Source: Tubulanus polymorphus
Lineage: Eukaryota > Animalia > Nemertea
Direction: 5' to 3'
NCBI RefSeq assembly: GCF_964204645.1
Contig: NC_134034.1
Coordinates: forward strand, 2,108,072-2,172,071
DNA: 64,000 nucleotides
A program made the translations under genes and the position numbers. This document shows, piece by piece, positions 1 to 12,200 of the stretch (positions within the stretch are counted from its first letter, which is position 1; each line of letters starts with the position of its first letter). The notes beneath the pieces were generated by a model. It was not told the DNA's origin and made no database searches. It was given only the letters and a program-made list of their open reading frames with translations.

Positions 1-238
1 TAAAAAAGACATTCGACATTAAACACCGTTGTTCGCTGTTCGTTTGTCGATTAACGAGGTTAAGTGCCGAGCGCGCCTGAATAGTGGCTTCCGAGTACGG
101 AAAGAATGGTGATAAATACGTTTGGGGGTCCAGGATGCGGATTGACGATGCCTACATCGAAGGATAGATGTTTTATTCTAGCAGCCCAGTGTACGCACAC
201 ACGCGAGCGAGCGCGAGTGAGTTAGTTCTGTGGCGATT

Positions 239-3200
239 CTACGACGTTCTCTCCGCCGGTTCCTCGCTGCCGTCAGGAACCTTCCAGCTCAGTTTGCGGC
301 CGCATTCGTACAAATCTTTCAGCATGTCGGCGATGAAGTGCGGACCCTTAGCTTTCTCCTCCTGGTATTTCGCGTAGAGTTTCAACGCGGTTCGCGCGTC
401 TTCGATCGAATCGTGAGTCACGCTTTGGATGTTCGTTTCTGTAAGAGATTAATATACAGAGTCCCTACAGATCAGTGATTCCTGGATATACAGGGTCCCT
501 ACAGATCAGTGATTCCTGGATATACAGGGTCCCTACAGATCAGTGATTCCTGGATATACAGGGTCCCTACAGATCAGTGATTACTGGATATACCGGGTCC
601 CTACAGATCAGTGATTCCTGGATATACAGGCTCCCTACAGATCAGTGATTCCTGGATATACAGGGTCCCTACAGATCAGTGATTACTGGATATACCGGGT
701 CCCTACAGATCAGTGATTCCTGGATATACCGGGTCCCTACAGATCAGTGATTTCTGGATATACAGGCTCCCAACAGATCAGTGATTCCTGGATATACCGG
801 GTCCCTACAGATCAGTGATTTCTGGATATACAGGCTCCCTACAGATCAGTGATTCCTGGATATACAGGGTCCCTACGGATCAGTGATTCCTGGATATACC
901 GGGTCCCTACAGATCAGTGATTACTGGATATACAGGGTCCCTACAGATCAGTGATTCCTGGATATACAGGGTCCCTACAGATCAGTGATTCCTGGATATA
1001 CAGGGTCCCTACAGATCAGTGATTCCTGGATATACAGGGTCCCTACAGATCAGTGATTACTGGATATACAGGGTCCCTACAGATCAGTGATTACTGGATA
1101 TACAGGGTCCCTACAGATCAGTGATTACTGGATATACAGGGTCCCTACAGATCAGTGATTCCTGGATATACAGGCTCCCTACAGATCAGTGATTCCTGGA
1201 TATACAGGCTCCCTACAGATCAGTGATTCCTGGATATACAGGGTCCCTACAGATCAGTGATTACTGGATATACCGGGTCCCTACAGATCAGTGATTCCTG
1301 GATATACAGGCTCCCTACAGATCAGTGATTCCTGGATATACAGGGTCCCTACAGATCAGTGATTACTGGATATACCGGGTCCCTACAGATCAGTGATTCC
1401 TGGATATACCGGGTCCCTACAGATCAGTGATTTCTGGATATACAGGCTCCCAACAGATCAGTGATTCCTGGATATACCGGGTCCCTACAGATCAGTGATT
1501 TCTGGATATACAGGCTCCCTACAGATCAGTGATTCCTGGATATACCGGGTCCCTACAGATCAGTGATTCCTGGATATACAGGGTCCCTACGGATCAGTGA
1601 TTCCTGGATATACCGGGTCCCTACAGATCAGTGATTACTGGATATACAGGGTCCCTACAGATCAGTGATTCCTGGATATACAGGGTCCCTACAGATCAGT
1701 GATTCCTGGATATACAGGGTCCCTACAGATCAGTGATTCCTGGATATACAGGGTCCCTACAGATCAGTGATTACTGGATATACAGGGTCCCTACAGATCA
1801 GTGATTACTGGATATACAGGGTCCCTACAGATCAGTGATTACTGGATATACAGGGTCCCTACAGATCAGTGATTACTGGATATACAGGGTCCCTACAGAT
1901 CAGTGATTCCTGGATATACAGGCTCCCTACAGATCAGTGATTCCTGGATATACAGGGTCCCTACAGATCAGTGATTCCTGGATATACAGGGTCCCTACAG
2001 ATCAGTGATTACTGGATATACAGGGTCCCTACAGATCAGTGATTCCTGGATATACAGGCTCCCTACAGATCAGTGATTCCTGGATATACAGGCTCCCTAC
2101 AGATCAGTGATTACTGGATATACAGGGTCCCTACAGATCAGTGATTCCTGGATATACAGGCTCCCTACAGATCAGTGATTCCTGGATATACCGGGTCCCT
2201 ACAGATCAGTGATTTCTGGATATACAGGGTCCCTACAGATCAGTGATTACTGGATATACAGGGTCCCTACAGATCAGTGATTACTGGATATACAGGGTCC
2301 CTACAGATCAGTGATTACTAGATATACAGGGTCCCTACAGATCAGTGATTACTGCATATACAGGGTCCCTACAGATCAGTGATTACTGGATATACAGGGT
2401 CCCTACAGATCAGTGATTCCTGGATATACAGGGTCCCTACAGATCAGTGATTCCTGGATATACAGGGTCCCTACAGATCAGTGATTACTAGATATACAGG
2501 GTCCCTACAGATCAGTGATTACTGGATATACAGGGTCCCTACAGATCAGTGATTACTGGATATACAGGGTCCCTACAGATCAGTGATTCCTGGATATACA
2601 GGGTCCCTACAGATCAGTGATTCCTGGATATACAGGGTCCCTACAGATCAGTGATTCCTGGATATACAGGGTCCCTACAGATCAGTGATTACTGGATATA
2701 CAGGGTCCCTACAGATCAGTGATTCCTGGATATACAGGGTCCCTACAGATCAGTGATTCCTGGATATACAGGGTCCCTACAGATCAGTGATTCCTGGATA
2801 TACAGGGTCCCTACAGATCAGTGATTCCTGGATATACAGGCTCCCTACAGATCAGTCATTACTGGATATACAGGGTCCCTACAGATCAGTCAATCCTGGA
2901 TATACAGGGTCCCTACAGATCAGTCAATCCTGGATATACAGGGTCCTTACAGATCAGTCAATCCTGGATATACAGGGTCCCTACAGATCAGTCATTACTG
3001 GATATACAGGGTCCCTACAGATCAGTGATTCCTGGATATACAGGCTCCCTACAGATCAGTCATTACTGGATATACAGGCTCCCTACAGATCAGTGACTCC
3101 ATGAAATAATAAATGTGAGATAATCATTCGGTCAAACGTCCCGATGACCTCATCAAACTGATTTATAATCTCGGTTATAGCTACAATTGGATGAAGGGTT

Positions 3201-6200
3201 ATCGTGTATGTAACTTACTGAGGAAGTACCAGGCTAGAAACTTTAATGAGATCATTCGCTGTCTCGGTAAATGGAATAATTCAACCGTATCGAATACTTG
3301 TTGTTTAGGGACCTAGAAAATACGACAAAAAAACAAATTCATTAGAATATATCGAAATCGACACATACGATGACGATAACAACAGAACAGGTGTCAAACC
3401 CGTAGCCTGGAAGTCAGCCCCTCGGACACTTACAATTGTAATATGTGAAGTGTGGATGATCAATTTTTGAAAGTAGTGTGCTGATAAAATGTCTAATGCC
3501 TGATGTTTGTAGTTCATTTTCAATCAAAAAGTTCTGAACACATGTAAAGTGTGGATGATCAGTTTTTGAAAGTGTGCTCATAAAATGTCTAATGCCTGGT
3601 GTTTGTAATTCATTTTCAATCAAAAAGTCCTGAACACATGTAAAGTGTGGATGATCAGTTTTTGAAAGTGTGCTAATAAAATGTGTAATGCCTGGTGTTT
3701 GTAGTTCATTTTCAATCAAAAAGTCCTGAATGTAACAGGAAGAAACATCTGTCCTTCCCGAGATTCGAACACTCGATGCCTGGCGTCCAAGGCAGACGCT
3801 CTACCGCTGAGCCAAAGGGAATATTCCCGCTAGCTGAGCTAGTACGAACGCTTTTATACACCCTGTCACATGAACATATGTGAAGTGTGGACGATCAGTT
3901 TTTGTGGAATAGTGATGAAATGTCTGGTGTTTGTACTAGTGTATCCAATGTCCGAAAGGCTGCTGGTCGACACGCCAGGGCTACTAGTCAGCCTCGGGGC
4001 TACACTTCGACATCCCCAGGGTGGCTGGTCAACACACTTGGGCTGCCGGTCGACGCCGCGATACTTACGACGATGTTGATGACTCGGAAGTCTTTTTTCA
4101 GTCCGTGACCGACGAACACGACGCCGCTGTCGACGAGGTATCTCAATTTCACGTACGTCGACTTCAACGTCGTCAGGTGTTTCGACGAGAAGTTCGCGTC
4201 CAAATCGCCGGGTTTGATTCCGGAGAACTGCGTCAGATAATCGACGACCTGTTCCTGCGTTGATATGTAATCGTCCAAAAACGGTTCGCCGACTTTATCT
4301 CCGCCCCTGCGAAATAAACACGTCAAATTTATTTTCAAACGTACGTTCGCGCATTTCTATCGCCGTTGGATTTCCGCGACCAGACCAATGGCCGATATTT
4401 CGATATTCTTCCACCAGGTGGTGCTGGATTGTGGGGGTAGATGATTTACGATTTCTCATAATAACTACATTTATTTATTTACCGCTCTCCACCCTCCGCC
4501 TATTAGAGTTAGGTTCACATAAAACATATACATCTTCCCTATTGCCCCCCCAAATTAAATCCTTTAAATCCTGGCGCTCTCCACTGCCTATTAGAGTTAG
4601 GTTCACATAAAACATATACATCGTCCCTATTGCCCCCCCAAATTAAATCCTTTATAATCTTTTAAATCCTGGCGGTGGCGTTGTTCCTTCTACCGCCAGG
4701 GGGCATTGCATTTTGAACCACCAGAAGGCCTTGTACCCTTCGCCACCAGATGGTGTAGACCTTTCGCAGGATGGCCACTTTTACTTGATTGCTTTCCCCT
4801 GACTATTTATTCCCTGACACGCACGTTATTTTCCCTGACTTGATCTGCTAAGAATCCGATCAATTAACTCAGTCAAATGCATAAGATATGGAACAAAAAT
4901 GATTTTACGCGCGATCTAGCAATCTCAACAGATTTCTACGACTTTTCCCTGATTTTTAGCTTTTTACCGATCCCCGACCTTTTTTCTTTAAAGAAAAGAA
5001 ACTTCCCCGACCGTTTCGCCCCGATTTCCTCGTTAGTGGCGCCACCCGGTTGCGTCTTACCCTCGGACGCACGTAATTCGCGCGCACGTCATCTGCGACG
5101 GTTTGATCGTCGACTTCGTGCCGTCGCTGCGTATCTCCGCCTCTTCCTGATTCAACGTGACGAACTCGGCGTCGAGCCCGACGAGGTCGCCCTTGCCGGG
5201 ACACTCCTCAGGCAGCAGATGAGTGAACGTCAACTGTCTCCGGCGCGGACTGACGATCGAGCCGTAGTCGAACAAAACGTCTTTATTAATCGGGTTATCC
5301 ACTGAAAAACGAGGCGCACACATCGTTAACCCTTACAGCGCTGACTAATTCATACAGAAAGTAATTCAATTCTAAAAAAATTCAACCCAAGTGTGTTGAA
5401 TAACGGGCAGATGGCGCTAGTGCATTTACACTGCAGTGCGGTGTATCGTTAGTTACTAGTATTTCACTATGTTTGACAGTTGCTGCCATTTTCCAAACGC
5501 GATTAAAACTATTTACTCATTACATCAATACACCGCGATGCGATGTACTAACGAAGTCCGTCGTGGTTTTATGCGTCACACTGCGGTGTAGGCGCACTGA
5601 AAGCCAAGGGGGTTCAATTGAAAATTGGTCCTGAAAATGGCTACAAGGACTCTTAAGAAGTTAAAACAATTGAAATTGTTTATGCAGCAGATCGGAAGAA
5701 AATCTGCGGCTGGTTTTACAGACTAATGTCAACGTTGAGCGTCGAGGCTTTCCTCGATTCCCTGGAACCCTGGCTTTAAGGATAATACCAGTTCATAAAA
5801 CTACCCCCCCCCTCCTCCGCCGGGACTTTATTTCGCAGTCAGAAATGTTACCCATACACTAGTCTATCTCACTTACCTTTATAAGGATATAGTTTCGGGA
5901 GGTCGCTTTTCATGAAATAAATACAGCACGGAATCTTCCAGTCCAACGTGAAATGCACCGCTTCGTGCTGAAAAATACGAGAACAGGTTTTACGCATTTT
6001 TTCAGGTTTTCACTTCGTTCACCGATTCAGTTAATACACGTAGCACGTCAATCGGAATTCTAGTATCACGAGTTCCCGCAATGAAATCCGCCCTTCGTTA
6101 AGGACTATTCATGAAGCGACCGATTCTACTTCGAAACCAAACTTGATAAATGAAATCGGGCCGTTTACCATTGATGGTATCAATTAACCCTTTCAGTGCT

Positions 6201-9200
6201 GGCTAATTAATACCATAAAGTGCTGAAGATAATTTGAAAATTCTGAAAAATTCCACCCTAGTGTATTGAATAACGGGAATATCACTATTGTGCGTCTACA
6301 TCCTGGCGCGGTGTATCGTTAGTTACTAATATTTCACTGTGTTTGACAGGTGCTGCCATCTTTCACGAGAGATGATTAGTAATTACTAATTAGATCAATA
6401 CACCGCAGTGCGGTGTACTAGCAAAATCCATCACTGATTCGTACACCGCACTGCGGTGTAGACGCACTGAAAGGGTTAAGAGTAGTAGGCAAAAATTCCA
6501 TTTTAACTGAGAGAGATTAACTTCGAAATATCTGAACAATTTTCTGGGACACGCTGTTTAATATATGAATAATTTACCTTTTCGATTGGTTCAATAGCGA
6601 AGTCGTTGAATAGATACCACTGCGAACAGGTGACGCCCTCTTTCATCCGGTGATAACTGTCGCCTACGTGCACGTGACTCACGAGATTGCCGCCCGATTT
6701 CGGGTCCTGTATGTGACCGACGGTTCCGTATAGGTCGTAGTAGCAGACGCGCTCCGACGCGTCCGTCTGTTTCTCATCCTAGGAAAAATATACGCTATCA
6801 ATCGGCGGGCAGAAGACACTCTAGAATTCATGATATCATAAGGTGATTTAAAGGGGCAGCCATCTTTTCTGAGAAGGGGCTGTAGATCAAATCATTGGTA
6901 AGCGTGATTTTTATGATGTCATATGGGGATTCATGGAGACATAATATCTGAAAAAGTCGACATATCAAACTAACTTTTAATCTCATGATGTCATAATTGT
7001 ATCTATGTTGGCAGAAGCTGATGATGTCATAGGGGGATTTATGGAGGTAGGCATCTTTTCTAGAAAGGTCTACAGATCAAATCACTAGCATGTTGATCAA
7101 TGACGTCATAGGGGGATTTATGGAGGCAGACATCTTTTCCGGGAAGGGTCTTAAATTTGATGATGTCATAGGGGGATTAAGGTAGAAAGGCATATATCCT
7201 GTGAGTGTTTGCAGTTTTTTATATCGACTCACCAGTTCACTCGGTCGATTGACAATTTTCAGTTGTCCGTCCTCGAGTTGTATGACCTTGATACCGTACG
7301 GGACCCACGCCGGGTAGTTCGGCTCGTCGCACGGAGGAGTGTGCGGACACTCGCGCGAGTACAAACCATCGGCGCTGAAATCAAAACACGTACGATGCAA
7401 ATTTTCACGAGCTGCCGGAAACGCCATCGATTTCGCATCAGGGTCGAACAAAGCGAGCTGTGCCACCAGATGGCGTGACTCGCAGTGTGCTCAAAATTGT
7501 ATAATCGAAGTTCGGACGACCAAGTTACTACTAGCAACACCGGGTGGATCTCCACTTGCCACAAGTGGAATCCTCTATCGCCACAGTAGTACATGTCCTA
7601 CTGCACACTAGTGACACCTGGTGGATCCTCACTCGCCACAAGTGGAATCCTCTATCGCCGCAGTAGTTGATGTCCTACTGCACACTAGTGACACCTGGTG
7701 GATCCTCACTCGCCACAAGTAGAATCCTCTATCGCCACAGTAGTACATGTCCTACTGCACACTAGCGACACCTGGTGGATCCTCACTCGCCATAAGTGGA
7801 AACCTCTATCGCCACAGTAGCACATGTCCTACTGCACACTAGCTACACCTGGTGGATCCTCACTAGCCAAAAGTGAGATCTTCTAGCTGCAGTAGTACAT
7901 GTCCTACTGCACACTAGCTACACCTGGTGGATCCTCACTCGCCACGAGCGGAATCCTCTATTGCTGCAGTAGTTGGTGTCTGACTGCACACTAGCGACAC
8001 CTAGTGGATCCTCACTTGCCAAAAGTGAGATCTTCTAGCTGCAGTAGTACATGTCCTACTGCACACCAGAGACACCTGGTGAATCCTCCCGCAGTAGTAA
8101 CGATACTCACCCGGGATGACTGAATTTACAATCTTTACGTGTACACGCGGCTCCGTATCGACACGGCCTCAAATTCATCATACATGGACTGTCGGGTTTC
8201 ACGTTACCGGCGTTCTGCTTCTTCAGAGTCTACAAAATATCATCAACATTTTCATTTTACAGATAATACCGTATTAACCCTTTAACAGCGACGCGCAATA
8301 CGATCCGTTCCATTCGGAGTCGAACTGGAGCCACCCACTGGAGATACGTAGTGGTTAATCTGAACCACGTGATTTGGATATTCTTAGGGCCGGCCATCCG
8401 CTACGGAAAGGGTTGGATTCGCAGATTCTCGGAGTTCTGGATTTTCGTGAAACGTTTTGAAAATTTGCTTACATCTTGTTGTATTCGCCAGAATTCCAAA
8501 TCTTTCGTGTTGTCCAAGTTACAGTTGATGACAATCATGTCCGGCAACTTTCGAATGCTTTTCGTCTGGGTCTGAAACGGAAAATGATAAGTTCATGATC
8601 AGTAGAATCTTAGATACTGCCCGGAAAATGTCTCAAACCGCATACAAAGGGTTAATTTGAAACAGGATCTTAGATACCGGCCGGAAAATGTCTCAAACCG
8701 CATACAGAGGGTTAATTTGAAACAGGATCTTAGATACCGGCCGGAAAATGTCTCAAACCGCATACAAAGGGTTAATTTGAAACAGGATCTTAGATACCGG
8801 CCCGGAAAATGTCTCAAACCGCATACAAAGGGTTAATTTGAAACAGGATCTTAGATACCGGCCAGACGAACACATCGCAAACAACATGCAAAGGGTTAAT
8901 GAAATGTTTTGCGCAGTGAATACTAACGTGAGGTTGGTATCTATTACACGTATTACACCAGCCCTGCGTCGTCTGCTCGCTGCATATACTACTCTGTAAG
9001 ACATCGGAGAACGAATACTGACGAGGTTGCTTCTCCTGTCCTGAAACATCGATAAACAAAACATCTTGTTACTACGCGATTACCGCGACCTCCTCGGTGA
9101 ATACGTTATCCGAAGAGTCAGTTACTCGCAACCGTAGAATCGAGACTGGAATCATGACGACTTTCTCATCGTCGATGGACTTTGCTAGTACATCGTATCG

Positions 9201-12200
9201 CGGTGTATCCATGTTATTAGTTTTTTTAACTCCATTGAAAGATAGCAGCACTTGTAGCATGGAAATTACTAATTTTTTAATGAAATTTTCAAATCTTCTC
9301 CGGCACTTTTGGGTATTAATTTTAATCTCTATTGAAAGATGGCAGCACTTATCAAAACATTTTAATACGCAGTAACTAACAATACGCCGCGCTTAAGCAC
9401 TGTGTCTCCTCTATACAATGCACTGGGGTGAAATTTTTCAAAATTTTTAAATCATCTCCAGCACTTTTGGGTATTAATTTTCATCTCTATTGAAAGATGG
9501 CAGCACGTGTCAAAACATTTCAATACGTAGTAACTAACAATACGTCGCGCTTAAGCACTGTGTGCCCATTATACTATGCACTGGGGTGGAATTTTTCATA
9601 ATTTCAAAATCATCTCCAGCACTTTCGGGTATTAATCAGTCAGCACTGAAAGGGTTATTTGAGTTTAGGTTCGACTGAATTCATCGAGCACGTACCTTGC
9701 GGTAGACAATCAGGGTACGACATATTCATCGATAAGGTCACCGAGTTTCTTTCCGTCTCCAGACTACAGCGACATTTAAACTTATTCACAGTTTCCATAC
9801 AGAACAGTTTCTCCGGCATCAATAACCTCCTGGAACATGATATAATACATATAAACAAGAAAGTTGGTTGGGATTCAGTTTACGCACGTAGGCCGCTGTT
9901 ATAATTTGAAATTAAGAGCGGTCTATAAACCGGCCGCCTGTAGGTTAACTAGTCTAACCCGCCCCGAGATGTTAGATGAAATTTCGAACTGGCCTGAAAT
10001 ATTTGGCCCTCAGGATCTAAGTAAACGTATCACATACTTTTTCAGGTTGTCGAATTTCGAGCCTTCGACCGGTATTACCGGGGCTGGTTGCGTGGCTGCG
10101 GCTGCGTCAGACGGTTTCTCATCTTCTTTCTTATCGTCTTCCCCCTCAGTCGCAGCAGCGGCGACGGCACCGCCTTCGTTCTTCTCTTTCTCAGCTGCGG
10201 CTACTGCGTCCTGTTCTTCAGCCTCCTCCTCTTTTAAAGCCGTCATACACTCCTAGAAATACGCGAATTCATCGAAATCGTTTACTGTCTCTCAACTCGA
10301 TGGTCGAGCACCGTACGTAATAATAACGCCTAAATATAATAACATTGGCTTGAACGTGTAACCTGTTTTTCATCATATGCTTTTCGGTTTGAAAGTTCAG
10401 TCAACCCCCGATCATACGGCCCACATCGGTGCAGAACGATTTTGGCGGTATAGAGACTGCGGCGGTATATCGGCGGGTGTTTCGCTATGTTTTTGTATTG
10501 AGATGTACATTGAGAAAACCTGGCGGTAGGCGGCGGTGTATGGGAAGGTTGTATATTGGGGGGTTGACTGTAATTCTATCGAATGTCCTTGAAATGAAAG
10601 CTCATTGAAAGATACACCGTCTAATAAATGAAATTAGCTTCAACACCGCACTAACATATAGCCTCAGACTGATAAGGGTTAAGTGCTAATCAAGAGTCTT
10701 CCTGATTATTCATCGTAGACAATCATGAATGCAGATTGATCAACTCGGTGAAATATTCTCAGCAATCTCAACGCTATACCGAGTTCCCTGCTTCTAAACT
10801 CGGAGAAATATTCACAGCAATCTCAACGCTATACCGAGTTCCCTGATTCTCAAATCGGTGAAATATTTACAGCAGTCTAAACACGACCGAGTTTCCTGCT
10901 TCTTAACTCGGTGAAATATTTACAGCCATCCCCCGGAAATCCTCACCCCAAGTTTCAGGAATATCCACAACGACAGACGCGCGCCGAAACGGAGTCTTAC
11001 CGAATGAATTTGCTGCAGTATGAACCGGTTCCAGCTCTGTATCAATCGCGGGTAATTCACTTTGCCCGTCTGCTCGTCGGTCTCGCTCAACACTAAACCG
11101 AGGCCGGACACTTCCGGAATCGTACGGAACGCACGCAGAAAATTATTCGCCTGAAAATTAAAATAACACGAGAGGTTTGTTAGAAGTTTGCAGTGAAAAT
11201 CCAGACATCGAAGTTGAAAATTGATAATGGATTGATTTTGGCTTAAAAACCGACTGCTGGTCGTTTCATCTGGTGCGATGCGCAGTACGCGAACACGCTG
11301 GTGCACGTACCTGACAGGTTTGTCCTTTCTGTTTGTCGAGCATGTGGAACAAAAATCCCAGCTCGCAACTGATGCACGACTCTTTCTGACACAGGTGCGA
11401 CAACAAGGCAACGCGCAACGGCTCAATGAAATACAACATCTGAAATAGGTTCGCGATCATTTCGATTAACGATTTATAAGGCAAAAAAAAATTGATACCT
11501 TGTTTCTCCGCTCTGCTGAGCTTAAATGTCGACCCGGCCGGCTGCCTATCTACCCTATACATTACTTTTTTTAAAATCGTGATCAATTTTACCATAACAG
11601 ACCCGGCCGCTATAGAAATGATCTGTTTATAAATTTTATCATATTTTACAAAAATGACCCGGCCGCTGCGGAGAAACAAGGTATCATTTTTGTTTAGCCT
11701 AAATCTTGGATTGATAATCTACCCCAGTGCGTTGAATAACCACCGACAAAGTATTTTCATAATGATTTTTATCAAAATGTGTAGTGACTATGAACAATGC
11801 CTTGTCTGGACAGTGACATCTATCTGCTGTCGTCAAATTTATACGACAATTAGGCATATAGCATTAAATTTCAAATAGAAGGACAATTTTTTTCTATTTC
11901 GGGACAATGTTCTGATTGTCTAAAACCTTTTCCATAGCTATAGAGACAAAGAAAACAAAATTTCTGTTGTTTTTCAAAGGCCTGGAAAAATATTCCCATT
12001 TCCCAAATCCCTACTGGGCTCGGTTTCATAGATGCTGAAGAAAAATTGTCCCTAGGAACATTTTGAAATTTTGCCAGTTATTACCATGGGGTGGGTTTCA
12101 TAGATGTGGAAGAAAAATAGTCCCTGGGAAAATTTTGAAATTCGTCAGTTATAACCATGGTTTCTCATTATTACGATGGTGGTTGTCACCCAAATTGAGG

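Noticed and set aside
452-3100. Regular 34-bp repeats resembling a CRISPR array; ORFs 2787-3104 and 2821-3096
   Set aside because: No unique spacers, no cas genes, eukaryotic intron; the ORFs are by-products of repeat variants.
3750-3820. Possible tRNA gene
   Set aside because: Anticodon and acceptor stems pair poorly, and it lies within a TSD-flanked TG...CA element.
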